A DNA stretch of 64,000 nucleotides from a phage. The position numbers and the translations under genes were made by a program. Of this stretch, positions 16,888-26,476 are shown one piece after another (the first letter of the stretch is position 1; each line of letters begins with the position of its first letter). Where the stretch lies: the NCBI GenBank assembly GCA_020241125.1, contig GCA_020241125.1_4708.1; one strand, 5' to 3'. The notes under the pieces are model-generated. The model made no database searches. It was not told the origin of the DNA and saw nothing but the letters and a program-made list of their open reading frames with translations.

Positions 16888-17433
16888 ATGTCTACTTTAG
16901 ACTTTAACAAAGCAGCGAAATCCCTTCTGCTTGATCTTATTAACACCAAAGCGACCCGCACATTGGCTGAAGAAGAACTGCAGTTCGGTACTCCGCAGGA
17001 ATCTTCCGAACATGAAAAGAACACCGTTATTCAGCTGGACGCGGCGGCTGAAGCAGCTAACCTGCAGGGTACTCAGCAGTTCTACTACGATCGTCTGGCT
17101 CTGTCTGACGTTTTCGCTGATGTAACTGGTGATGTTACTTTCGAACTGCCGCACGGTACTGACAGCATTCAGGCTTCTGAGCTGGTAAGCAAGCTGGTCA
17201 CCAAATTCGGTCTGGCTTCCCTGAATGGTGAAATCAGAGAAGAAACCTTCCAGCTGTCTGCCGGTACTGTTGGTGAGGTAATTCTGAATGCGATCGAGGG
17301 TGGCCTGGTATACACTGGTACTCTGCGAGTTGCCCTGACCTACGCACTGGCACCAAAAGACGAACTGGCAACCGTTCTGGCGAATAACGTAGCTGAAGGT
17401 TTCGAGAAACCGACCGTTAGCGTTGTTGGCTAA
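16888..17433 (+). CDS. abundant (codon-optimised) protein, paralog-family member
   Basis: ORF 16825-17433; ATG 16888 follows AGAGGA; strong codon bias; QFYYDRLALSDVF motif; divergent from 15855-16748. Confidence 0.75.
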   Translation: MSTLDFNKAAKSLLLDLINTKATRTLAEEELQFGTPQESSEHEKNTVIQLDAAAEAANLQGTQQFYYDRLALSDVFADVTGDVTFELPHGTDSIQASELVSKLVTKFGLASLNGEIREETFQLSAGTVGEVILNAIEGGLVYTGTLRVALTYALAPKDELATVLANNVAEGFEKPTVSVVG

Positions 17434-17632
17434 TAAGCACATAGAGCAATAGTATGGGTTTTGTACAGCTCGGCTATTGATCTTCTACAATTTGGTTGTA
17501 ACAATCTGCGTGGTTGCACGCTTATCTTTCTCATTGAACGCTTCGTATGAAGCGTGGTGTTGAAAGGGTTGTGGATCTCCTCAAGCGGCCAGGGACCCAG
17601 ACCAACCTGAATAAACACAAACACATGTTAAG

Positions 17633-17664
17633 CCCCTCCTCATCCGTTATTGGGTGGGGGGGGG
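17633..17664 (-). terminator. degenerate family-like hairpin with G9 tract
   Basis: CCCCTCCTCA ... TGGGTGGGGGGGGG with the same upstream context (AATAAACACAAACA) as copy 3; 3' of the endolysin gene. Confidence 0.35.
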
Positions 17665-17727
17665 TCTTATACGTCTTTATGCGTTCCGTTCGTTCTGGAG
17701 CGTTTTAGGACGGTTTATGATGGTGTT

Positions 17728-18363
17728 TTACTCAACACTGAACCCGTTCAAGATGATCGCTTCATAACGCTTACGTTCACGACGTTTGCGTGCCTGCCAA
17801 CCGTAGATGAATTTCTCATCTTTCTCACGACGTTCCGCTAATTCGATGTAATAGGTGCTCTGCATGTCCAGCATCGCATCGATGAGATAATCCTTACCGG
17901 TTGCACCACGCTTAGCGATGTAAGCGTCGAGCGCGCTTAACGTCGCAGGTCCCATCAAACCGTCGGCGTTGATATTCTTCCAGTACGTTTGTCGGTTGTT
18001 CATGACGTTCAGATAACGTTGGAGGTTCTTAACCGGGACGGTTTTGCCAGCATTGATACCCAGGTCAAAGAGACGGTCAGCTAAGAACACAGAACGTTTC
18101 ATGACTTCGTCAAGTTTCATCTTATCCCAGAAGTGGGTCTTGTAGATAAAGAACGCCATTTCCGTGGTAAGGTTACGCATGTTACCGTCCCAGCCGAATT
18201 TCGTTTTCAGCGTGGTTTTGTATTGATCGGCGAGTGTTTTCGTAATGCCGTGGTTCGTGATTCCACCCGAGTCATCGGGATCGTCGACGTAACCTGCTTC
18301 GATGCTGGTTTTATCGCGAATGATAAATTCGCACGTGAAATCTTTCTCAGTAATCTTAGCCAT
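17728..18363 (-). CDS. endolysin, GH108-like N-terminal domain plus PG_binding_3-like domain
   Basis: GYVDDPDDSGGITNHGIT matches the GH108 EGGYxxDPxDxGGxTxxGIT core; DGLMGPATLSAL matches the peptidoglycan-binding DGxxGxxTxxAL motif; GAGGAG RBS 6 nt before ATG 18363. Confidence 0.85.
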   Translation of the reverse strand: MAKITEKDFTCEFIIRDKTSIEAGYVDDPDDSGGITNHGITKTLADQYKTTLKTKFGWDGNMRNLTTEMAFFIYKTHFWDKMKLDEVMKRSVFLADRLFDLGINAGKTVPVKNLQRYLNVMNNRQTYWKNINADGLMGPATLSALDAYIAKRGATGKDYLIDAMLDMQSTYYIELAERREKDEKFIYGWQARKRRERKRYEAIILNGFSVE

Positions 18364-18406
18364 TAGAACTCCTCGTTTAAATAACGATTTAGAGGAACAG
18401 GAAGGG

Positions 18407-18484
18407 TCTAGAACGCGATAAACGATTTAACCCAGGCAAACCCTAGATTAAACTTTTCGAAGCGTTACAACGCGTTCTAGAACG
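18407..18484. promoter_or_regulatory. 11-bp inverted repeat plus 12-bp palindrome upstream of the endolysin gene
   Basis: TCTAGAACGCG (18407-18417) and CGCGTTCTAGA (18471-18481), plus palindrome CGTTCTAGAACG (18473-18484), between the tail-fibre stop and the endolysin start. Confidence 0.4.
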
Positions 18485-18489
18485 TTGAA

Positions 18490-20538
18490 TTAAATACCCT
18501 TGGTTCCCTTCACGTGATGTGCAATTTCTTCAACCATTGCACGCAGAGCACGAAGTTGTTGGTCATGTTCGTACCAACCACCCAACAGAACCCCGCTATA
18601 CACCATGGTGTCAAGACTTAACAGCCCTTTATCTGATACGTTGATCATTTCCGGGAACTGTTCTTGAACACGCTGTGCGATAACACCGATCTTCTCGACA
18701 TCAGGATCGTAGTTGTGACGGAAACGGGCAAGTCCGGTATACGCCATTTCACGTAAACGATCACTGAAAGATTCCGGATGATCTTTCAGATAACGAATGT
18801 CATGTTTACTACGTTCATCCGAGCGAATGTAAGCGTTAGGAACATCGATATTGCTGTTGAAGTACAGCGCACTACCACCGCCTGCAGAGTTCCCCCAATA
18901 GAAGCGTGTGATCTCACCGCCACCATTCTCCGTGATGATGACATGTTTACCTAAACGCGTACCGCCACTACCATCAACGAAGACCAGTTTGTTTCCGCTG
19001 TAAGAACCCCAGAACAAACGTGTATCGATGATGTGCGTTGCAGCGAGGCGGGCGTTACGTGGTGTAGAATACACGGTGTTAACATCTTGCTGCGCTTGCG
19101 CATCGGAAGCGATACCATAGTTCTGTACGTTACCTAACCCAACCTGCGCTTTCGTAACCGCGTGTGGGTTATCACGACGGTTAGCGTGAGCGTTAACCAG
19201 ATCACCCGCTAATTTCTGAATTGCCCAGTTGGTAGACTGTGGTGTCATGTAACGGTTAGTTGCAGAACCACCTTGCGCTTCAGCTTGGTTAGCGGTTGGA
19301 TAGTTCTCAACGCTTCCCAACCCTACTTGTGCCTTAGACACTTGGTGTGGGTTGTTCTTGTCAGCGATGTGCGCATTAAGCGGAACTAACGCAAAGGTCT
19401 CAATGGACGCTTTGGTTGTGTTCGGTGCCATTAATCGGTTAGCTGCAACACCGGCACGCGCTTCTTCTTCAGAAGCCATCGGATAGTCTTGCACATTCCC
19501 TAACCCAACCTGCGCTTTGGTTACTCTGTGTGGGTTGTTGTAATCGGCTTTATGTGCATTAAGTGGAATCAATGCGAACTGTTCAATCGCTGCAACAGTG
19601 CGTAGCGGCGTCATGAAACGGTTGTTCGCTGTTCCGGCTTTCGCCTCATCATCCGAAGCGGTCGGGAAGTTATCAACGTTCCCAAGGTTAACCTGTGCTT
19701 TGGTGACGCTATGCGGGTTGTCTCGACGGTTAGCGTGAGCGTCGACTAGATCGCCCGCCAGTTTAGCAATCGCCCATCCAACCGTTTGTGCTGTCATGTA
19801 ACGGTCTGGTGCGGTACCGGCTTCTGCCTCCGCCTTGTTGGCAGTAGGATAGTTCTGTACATTACCTAGTCCGACTTGGGCTTTTGTGGTTTCGTGCGGG
19901 TTATCGGTACGGTTAGCATGTGCGTAATGCAGATCGGTCAGATCTTTATCCGCTGCTTGCATGTCTTTGCGTAACTGATCGATTGCCGCCCAGAGACGGT
20001 TATCGGATGCAGCATCACCGATAAGTATTGCGGCTTTCAGTGAATAGATCGCTAAGCAAAGATGTTCGGTACCGTAGATAGCACTAACGTGGTGGATGTG
20101 TGGTTCAGGCGGATAAAGTTCCGGTTTGTTCTTGATGTCGTCCCAGTTGATCGGACGATCGTCAAGTTTGAGTTCTTCGATAGCCTGATATAACGCGTCA
20201 ATAAGACTTACGTAAACACCACCGATGATACGATAGTCGTTAACTAATGTACCCTCGATATCATCGTTGATGATGGCGATGGCTGCACAGATTTCTTTAC
20301 CAGCGTAAAGCGTAGCGTCCTGATACAAGAAGATGGGCTTATAATCCACACCTCGCACCAGTGTCTTACCGGTAAGCTTTTCGGTGATAACCAGACTTTC
20401 GGTGAAGAACGGTCCGCCATCAAGAGCGTAACATTTGTTCTCGGTTCGTGGAACGGTATGCTCTTCACCAACGATGTGGTTGCTATCGAGCGTGCCGGTC
20501 CAGTCCTCGGGGTACTTCAGGGTAATTGGTGTTGACAT
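18490..20538 (-). CDS. tail fibre with C-terminal intramolecular-chaperone (S74-like) domain
   Basis: Five tandem NPHxVTKAQVGLGNVxNY repeats; C-terminus SDERSKHDIRYL ... IGVIAQRVQEQFPEMI resembles the autoproteolytic chaperone domain of phage fibres and endosialidases. Confidence 0.85.
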   Translation of the reverse strand: MSTPITLKYPEDWTGTLDSNHIVGEEHTVPRTENKCYALDGGPFFTESLVITEKLTGKTLVRGVDYKPIFLYQDATLYAGKEICAAIAIINDDIEGTLVNDYRIIGGVYVSLIDALYQAIEELKLDDRPINWDDIKNKPELYPPEPHIHHVSAIYGTEHLCLAIYSLKAAILIGDAASDNRLWAAIDQLRKDMQAADKDLTDLHYAHANRTDNPHETTKAQVGLGNVQNYPTANKAEAEAGTAPDRYMTAQTVGWAIAKLAGDLVDAHANRRDNPHSVTKAQVNLGNVDNFPTASDDEAKAGTANNRFMTPLRTVAAIEQFALIPLNAHKADYNNPHRVTKAQVGLGNVQDYPMASEEEARAGVAANRLMAPNTTKASIETFALVPLNAHIADKNNPHQVSKAQVGLGSVENYPTANQAEAQGGSATNRYMTPQSTNWAIQKLAGDLVNAHANRRDNPHAVTKAQVGLGNVQNYGIASDAQAQQDVNTVYSTPRNARLAATHIIDTRLFWGSYSGNKLVFVDGSGGTRLGKHVIITENGGGEITRFYWGNSAGGGSALYFNSNIDVPNAYIRSDERSKHDIRYLKDHPESFSDRLREMAYTGLARFRHNYDPDVEKIGVIAQRVQEQFPEMINVSDKGLLSLDTMVYSGVLLGGWYEHDQQLRALRAMVEEIAHHVKGTKGI

Positions 20539-20551
20539 AACCTGGAGGTCC

Positions 20552-23149
20552 TTATAACGTGACTGTACCTAATTTGGTTGTCTTATTGAGATTAATGACT
20601 GAGATCTGGGTATCGCTGGTCGTGATGGTGCCGATATTAACGCGCTGTCCTTTATCATCCTCTTGCTTGTGGATGGTTAATTCCAGCTCTAACTGGTTAC
20701 CATTAGGAACAACGGAAACGTACCATGTTTTATTACCTGGTGAGCTATTATAGTCTTTTAGGTTATAATGGCCTTTAGGTAAGGTCATGGCCTTACCAGC
20801 AAACAAACATGAAATATCCTCGTTGATATAAACGTCGAAACCGGAAGAAGCGATGACTGTTGAGGCCATTATTCGAGACGCGACGATACCACGATTATAG
20901 TCGTCGATTGTGGTACCTATGACATTGAATACTTGCCCCCCGTTACCCATAATGGTCGATTCGCTAGTGTTTACGTAGCCGATACCCCAAGTCGGATGAA
21001 TGTTCCAGCGGTACCCACTGTTTTGTAAATATGTATACAAGTCTTCATAGGCCGCATTCACCCAACTACCATCACTTTTTCGTCCAGCCCTAAATTGGAA
21101 TGTATTGCTATTTCCAGATGTTCCTCGGCCAAGAGGGACATGTCCCGCCACTAACCAACCATCTGTACTTTGCATATACGCGAACGAACCGTACGCTCTG
21201 TTATCGGCCCAAATATTCACGGTATCAACACGTTCAACGTAGGCGATCACCTTTTGTACGCCGGTTATAGCGATCGAACCCTTGCGTGCCGACACACTAA
21301 CTTCAGCAATTACGACACCCATTTTCCGCTGGCTGCTGTTAAATCCCAATACAACCATTAAACACGGTGCGTTTGTTGTTTCTGGAGGAATCGTTATCGA
21401 TTGTTTCCAGTCGGTGATTCCGCTGAGTTTTGTTCCAGTATATGCGTTCCAGACGGTTTGTCCAGCCGATTTCAGATTCTGTTCAGAAATAGAAATGGCC
21501 TCGCCCTCAGGGATTAACGTGTCGTAATTGAGACCAATGTTGCTGGATAGACGAAGGTCGTTTAAGTAAGATCCGCTGAGTGTGACGTTACCGTTACGAT
21601 AAATTGTCAAGAATGGCGCAGCCAGGGAGTTTAATACCGTAAAGTTACTCGATGGCATGAAACCATAGACATCGATGCCATTACCGTGGTAATGGTAGTT
21701 TGTCCAACTACCTTGATAACTTACGGTACGTGCATCGTAGTGGCCTTGTCCAAGACCGCTGCTGGATAACGTGTATATCTTGGTTGCTGATAGAAATGCG
21801 AGATATCCATGCGCTGCCAGAGCTCCAACTACCCTGTCTTTTATCTTTAACCAAGCTGAAGTATACAACGTACTGTCGGGATTCATTTTGGCTATTTCAT
21901 CGTAAGCTGTGCCTGCGAAGTTTCCGATAGTGTACGTACGTATATCCGGCTGTCCGTTATTGTCGTTCTGTACAGCAATTACTTGCCCAGAATCATTGAT
22001 ATCGATATTACCGATACAGTTGTGAGCCCCCCACACCCAATATCCATCTTTATAATTGGATTCTCCTTGTGTAAATGTCGACGGTCCTCGCCACGCGATG
22101 CCGTTCGATTCGGCGTAGTAGGTAGCTTGTCCCGATCCTGGATTCATGGCGTATCTGTTATTGGTCGGGTCAAAATCGATGTAAAAATGATGCATTCCTT
22201 GACGTTGACGGTTGTCCCGATCATTTGTCCACCACGACGAACCGACCAGAATTCGCGCCTTACCATTTTTTACAGTGGACCATAAACGTATTGCGGCGCG
22301 CCAGACGATTTGACCGATCCCGTTGGACGGGAAACTATTCGTACTGATGCTGTTGCAGACAACGAGCTCGCTGCTGTTGTTTATTTGAGTCCCTTCAATT
22401 GTAACGCCGTTTATGTTAGTAATCAGTGTTGCCGATACACTACCCCCTGTAGGGGCGATAGAGGAACGTTGAACGGTGTAAATTTTTAGTGATAATTTAT
22501 AGCCGCTCCGAATAGCTATACCAATGTAAATAGTTCCATTAATTTCCCAACAACAAACATCGGGCATTGTTTCTTTGAAATCGGATAAAGCACCGTCGAT
22601 ATACATCGCAACGTGTTTGCTGGCGTCGAATGTGCCGTCCGTTAACGCGATGAACATTTTGGCATTATTACCGTTGATATCAGCCGCTAATCCGAGTAGT
22701 ATGTTGTTCTGATGACAGTAAATGGCTTTAGGCGCTAGATCCAACATAGCTGGTTGGTACTGTCGGCTTGTTGGTATTACGCTAGTAACTGCGCCATTTT
22801 GATCCGTTTTACAAATAACGTAATATACACCGTGTATGATGCTGTTTGTCGCTGACCTCAGTAGGACGATCGTCCCGTCAGATTCACGACATATACCGTA
22901 ATGACGATAGTCGGTGATTAAACCGATAGCGCCATCGGCCGAACCTTCGATTGCCAGAGGAAAATAACTTTGGTCCCCAACCTGTTCGATATCGGTTGCG
23001 CCGATATCGATGTATTTTTCCATCTCAGTGTTGAACTCAGCGGTACTGTAGGCACCGAGATCGCTCGCCTTTAGTCCCGTTGGGTTGTCACGACTGGCGA
23101 TACGTGTAGTAACGCTACTCACCAGTTCGCTGAACTTTTTCATTGCCAT
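20552..23149 (-). CDS. tail fibre or tailspike (865 aa)
   Basis: N-terminus MAMKKFSELVSSVTTRIASRDNP is shared with the two small downstream genes (adaptor-like); long beta-rich, G/N/S/T-rich body; GAGGTG RBS. Confidence 0.7.
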   Translation of the reverse strand: MAMKKFSELVSSVTTRIASRDNPTGLKASDLGAYSTAEFNTEMEKYIDIGATDIEQVGDQSYFPLAIEGSADGAIGLITDYRHYGICRESDGTIVLLRSATNSIIHGVYYVICKTDQNGAVTSVIPTSRQYQPAMLDLAPKAIYCHQNNILLGLAADINGNNAKMFIALTDGTFDASKHVAMYIDGALSDFKETMPDVCCWEINGTIYIGIAIRSGYKLSLKIYTVQRSSIAPTGGSVSATLITNINGVTIEGTQINNSSELVVCNSISTNSFPSNGIGQIVWRAAIRLWSTVKNGKARILVGSSWWTNDRDNRQRQGMHHFYIDFDPTNNRYAMNPGSGQATYYAESNGIAWRGPSTFTQGESNYKDGYWVWGAHNCIGNIDINDSGQVIAVQNDNNGQPDIRTYTIGNFAGTAYDEIAKMNPDSTLYTSAWLKIKDRVVGALAAHGYLAFLSATKIYTLSSSGLGQGHYDARTVSYQGSWTNYHYHGNGIDVYGFMPSSNFTVLNSLAAPFLTIYRNGNVTLSGSYLNDLRLSSNIGLNYDTLIPEGEAISISEQNLKSAGQTVWNAYTGTKLSGITDWKQSITIPPETTNAPCLMVVLGFNSSQRKMGVVIAEVSVSARKGSIAITGVQKVIAYVERVDTVNIWADNRAYGSFAYMQSTDGWLVAGHVPLGRGTSGNSNTFQFRAGRKSDGSWVNAAYEDLYTYLQNSGYRWNIHPTWGIGYVNTSESTIMGNGGQVFNVIGTTIDDYNRGIVASRIMASTVIASSGFDVYINEDISCLFAGKAMTLPKGHYNLKDYNSSPGNKTWYVSVVPNGNQLELELTIHKQEDDKGQRVNIGTITTSDTQISVINLNKTTKLGTVTL

Positions 23150-23161
23150 TATTCACCTCGA

Positions 23162-23647
23162 TTAAATAGGCGAGTCGGGTAGCTGACCATCATCGATCTC
23201 GATGGTGGCCACCTTACGTGTTGCAGCAAGATGTGATGTACCCTGGATTTTGTTCCAGGTGCCGATACGCATGGCGTTTTTGTAGCTGCTATCGCTATCG
23301 TTCAGCGTGTAAACAAAACCGCTATCGGTTACGGCAAGATAGATCCAGCCTACAGACTCACTGATGCCTGACACATCCAAAGTTGCTGCTGGCACCGTCC
23401 CTACCACCGTGTTGTATTCCGCTGTACCTTGACCAATGCTGATCCGGCCGTTGCTGTAAGTGGCTGCCGGAAGCGTTTTATTTCGACTGAAGAAAAGAAA
23501 CGGAAGGTAACGCTGAGTAACAAGCGGTGCAAGTTTAGGAGCCACTTCGGTCTTAACGTAGACATTTGTTTGTGCTGGCGTTACCTCGTGAGGGTTCTTT
23601 TGGGTGAGATACGCTCCCCATTCAGAAAGCAATGTTGATAGCTTCAT
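23162..23647 (-). CDS. small tail-fibre-related protein (161 aa)
   Basis: N-terminal similarity (LSEWGAYLTQKNPHEVTPAQ) to fibre N-termini. Confidence 0.6.
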   Translation of the reverse strand: MKLSTLLSEWGAYLTQKNPHEVTPAQTNVYVKTEVAPKLAPLVTQRYLPFLFFSRNKTLPAATYSNGRISIGQGTAEYNTVVGTVPAATLDVSGISESVGWIYLAVTDSGFVYTLNDSDSSYKNAMRIGTWNKIQGTSHLAATRKVATIEIDDGQLPDSPI

Positions 23648-23651
23648 GCGG

Positions 23652-24167
23652 TTACCCCATGTAACGTTTTTGGCCGAGGATGAAGACTTTGTTGAATACC
23701 ACCGAAGTGATTCCTGTTGCGTTACAGCTCACCTGCCCGACGCGAATTGCTGTTGATGTATCGACCCCAGCACTACTCTGCCAGATCCAATCGATCGATC
23801 CGTCTTTCTGACGAATGAAAAGATAACCGGTTTTGTTCGCCCAGTCGGAAGTAAGTTTTTTGATGTCTAGCGTTCCCTTCGCCAGAATATAGTCGGTACC
23901 GGCGATCATGACGGGTATTTCAGGATACGAGATTACCGTACCGCTGGCAGTAACGTTGCTGATGCGTTCGCTACGAATATCGGTACAGTCACCGAAATAC
24001 GCTACGGGGAGTATCCCCTTAGGGAGCTTTTTGCCGATTCTCGTATCGATCGTGTTTTTATCGGGTGCGTCGATTTGCGCTGCGGTGACTTGGTTAGGGT
24101 TATCCTTCCTTGCGTACCATGTCGTCATGCGAGCACCCAATTCACTCATTTTTGTGCCCATTTTCAC
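23652..24167 (-). CDS. small tail-fibre-related protein (171 aa)
   Basis: N-terminus MSELGARMTTWYARKDNPNQVTAAQ is similar to 23162-23647 and 20552-23149. Confidence 0.6.
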   Translation of the reverse strand: MKMGTKMSELGARMTTWYARKDNPNQVTAAQIDAPDKNTIDTRIGKKLPKGILPVAYFGDCTDIRSERISNVTASGTVISYPEIPVMIAGTDYILAKGTLDIKKLTSDWANKTGYLFIRQKDGSIDWIWQSSAGVDTSTAIRVGQVSCNATGITSVVFNKVFILGQKRYMG

Positions 24168-24174
24168 ATCCTAT

Positions 24175-24212
24175 CGAAAAATAAAAAGAAGGAAAGGTGG
24201 GTAGAACCCACC
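24175..24212 (-). terminator. intrinsic terminator after tail fibre gene 24219-26372
   Basis: Stem GGTGGGT/ACCCACC (24196-24212); the minus strand continues CTTTCCTTCTTTTTATTTTTC. Confidence 0.65.
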
Positions 24213-24218
24213 CATCCG

Positions 24219-26372
24219 TTATAACGTTTCGAAGTCGGTTGCTTTGATAACCGCGTTGAAGTTGGCAAGGAATTCCTTAAGCAGTGCTTGGAAGACATCA
24301 CGAAACGCTGTGTTCGTCTGCAAGCTGGTTAAATAATCGTTCTTAAGGTAATCGCTCAGCTTACCGATCTTCTGCATCTTCTCGCCGTCTTGGTTCTCTC
24401 CAGGTTCTTGGCTGTTGATGTTAACCCATTTGATCCCTTCGAGATCGCCATCGGCAAGGAAGTTGGCGGGTGTCTCATCGTCGTTCAGGATTTTAATCGT
24501 ATCACTGGATTCAATGCCACCGTAAGCTTCCAGAAGCTGGTTGACTGTTAGCTTATTGGTGTTGATTGAACCATTGACACCATCGATACCGATGCCTGCA
24601 CCTGTGATGGATGTCGCCGAAAGATCGATCGGTCCGGTTAACTTACCACCGTTGATCGGTAACGCACCAACTTGCTCAGCGGTGTGTGTATGGTCAGCTA
24701 ACGCCGCAAACGCCACGATAGACTTATATGTCGAATACGGCGTCATATACGCTGATTGGTTGGTGTTGTCAGCCGCTTCAGTATCGGTAGCGACATTAAA
24801 GTTCTGCACGTTGCTGAGACCGACCTGCACCTTCGTTACTTCATGCGGGTTGTTCTTATTGACAACGTGTGCTGCAAAACCATCACCAGCTAAAGCAGTG
24901 ATTGCCGCTTTTGTCGCAGCCGGTGTCATATAGCGGTTGGTTGCTTCACCCGTTTGCGCCTCTTCGTCGGAAGCAACAGGATAGTTCTCAACGCTTCCCA
25001 AACCGACCTGAGATTTTGTTACTTGGTGTGGGTTTTCGGTATTCGCAATATGACTACTGAACCCTTGACCCGCCAGTTGCTCGATTGCGTAACGAACAAG
25101 TATTGGTGTCATGTACTTGTTGTTAACTTGACCATCGATAGCTTCTTGGGTGGTGGCAACCCCGAAGTTTTGCACGCTCCCCAACCCAACTTGCGCTTTC
25201 GTAACAGCGTGGGGGTTATTGGTGTTACCGATGTGATCGGTAACCGTTGGGGTGATTAATCCTGCGATAGCGGCTGCCGTGGTCGCAGGGGTCATGTATT
25301 TATCGTTAGCAACACCCGCAGCAGCTTCTACGTTAGATGCTACACCGTAGTTCAATACATTTCCTAACCCAACCTGCGCCTTGGTTACCCCGTGGGGGTT
25401 GTTCTTGTCTCCGGTATGGGTTGTCAACGTAGCGTTAACGTTATCGATACGCGTGCTTAAGCTATCAGTGATTGCTTTGATTGCGGCTCGTACACCCGCT
25501 GGTGTTGTGTACAGATCTGTGGCCGTACCGGTAATGGTTGTATTACTATCGGCTACACCGTAGTTCTCAACGTTTCCGAGTCCCACCTGGGCTTTCGTTA
25601 CCTTGTGTGGGTTGTTGTAGTTGCTGATGTGCGCAGCAGCACTATCACCACTCAGGTTAGCGATCATCTTACGCGTCATCGCCAACGTCATGTACAGATT
25701 TTCACCGATGGTTTCCAGATCGCTCTCGGTCGCCGTTGTGAAGTTCTGAACATTTCCTAACCCAACTTGAGCCTTGGTTACGCCGTGGGGGTTATCGCGA
25801 CGATTCTCGTGCTGCAGCAATGCAGTCATTGCTTTATTGAACCCTTCTTCAAGCGGTTCTTTCAATGATTCGATTGCAGCCACCACATCGTCCCACGTCA
25901 TTGTGTCGGTTTCGACATTATGTTGGTGGTTGATTGGCGGGAATACGGAAGGAACGTCAGCAACCTTTTCCCAGAACGTAACGCGAGGGTCGTAAAGGTT
26001 GTTGGCTAAAACGTTAAGAATTTGTTGTTGATCAAGTGTAAACTCACCCCCCAGTGAATAGTAGTTCAGTTGCAACTGTCCACTGAATGCGGTGTCCAAC
26101 AGCATGATGGAACCGTATAATTCCAGGCCGGTCAGCGCAGCCATGGCACGGAAGGGGTGAGTGCATAAAAAGTCAACGCCTTCTTCCAGATACGCGTTTG
26201 TTTCAGGGTTGTAGATCTTTAACCCATTGCGAAAATATGGCGCGTATTTAGGAACGAGAAAGTTAAATCCGGTCCCCGTGGAAGGACGGACAGTGACGAG
26301 TTCTTCTGGAACCCATGCGCCATCCAAATTCCCCTGCGGGTTATACGGAAGGCGTTTAATTTCATCTGTCAT
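24219..26372 (-). CDS. tail fibre (717 aa) with NPHxVTKAQVGLGNV repeats
   Basis: At least seven NPHGVTKAQVGLGNVQNF-type repeats; followed by hairpin plus T-run 24175-24212. Confidence 0.85.
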   Translation of the reverse strand: MTDEIKRLPYNPQGNLDGAWVPEELVTVRPSTGTGFNFLVPKYAPYFRNGLKIYNPETNAYLEEGVDFLCTHPFRAMAALTGLELYGSIMLLDTAFSGQLQLNYYSLGGEFTLDQQQILNVLANNLYDPRVTFWEKVADVPSVFPPINHQHNVETDTMTWDDVVAAIESLKEPLEEGFNKAMTALLQHENRRDNPHGVTKAQVGLGNVQNFTTATESDLETIGENLYMTLAMTRKMIANLSGDSAAAHISNYNNPHKVTKAQVGLGNVENYGVADSNTTITGTATDLYTTPAGVRAAIKAITDSLSTRIDNVNATLTTHTGDKNNPHGVTKAQVGLGNVLNYGVASNVEAAAGVANDKYMTPATTAAAIAGLITPTVTDHIGNTNNPHAVTKAQVGLGSVQNFGVATTQEAIDGQVNNKYMTPILVRYAIEQLAGQGFSSHIANTENPHQVTKSQVGLGSVENYPVASDEEAQTGEATNRYMTPAATKAAITALAGDGFAAHVVNKNNPHEVTKVQVGLSNVQNFNVATDTEAADNTNQSAYMTPYSTYKSIVAFAALADHTHTAEQVGALPINGGKLTGPIDLSATSITGAGIGIDGVNGSINTNKLTVNQLLEAYGGIESSDTIKILNDDETPANFLADGDLEGIKWVNINSQEPGENQDGEKMQKIGKLSDYLKNDYLTSLQTNTAFRDVFQALLKEFLANFNAVIKATDFETL

Positions 26373-26476
26373 GATGCGCCCTTTACAAGTTGTTAGTAAG
26401 TATGGGATACCCTGGGGTATCCTGTGTTAACAGCGGTAAAATATTACTGTAACTATAAAATAAGGGGGCCTCTCCC

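Noticed and set aside
16897-17442. 181-aa minus-strand ORF, and the N-terminal extension of ORF 15855-17024 up to 17024
   Set aside because: Antisense to the codon-optimised plus-strand gene 16888-17433; the real minus-strand start is ATG 16748 with a GAGGAA RBS.
17434-17727. Possible tRNA or small RNA gene in the 294-bp convergent intergenic gap
   Set aside because: No T-loop consensus (GTTCRANYC) or cloverleaf arrangement found by eye; only short local hairpins.
18490-26372. Diversity-generating retroelement targeting the tail fibres
   Set aside because: No reverse-transcriptase motif (YxDD) in any ORF and no template/variable repeat pair at a fibre C-terminus; the YVDD in the endolysin is the GH108 motif.
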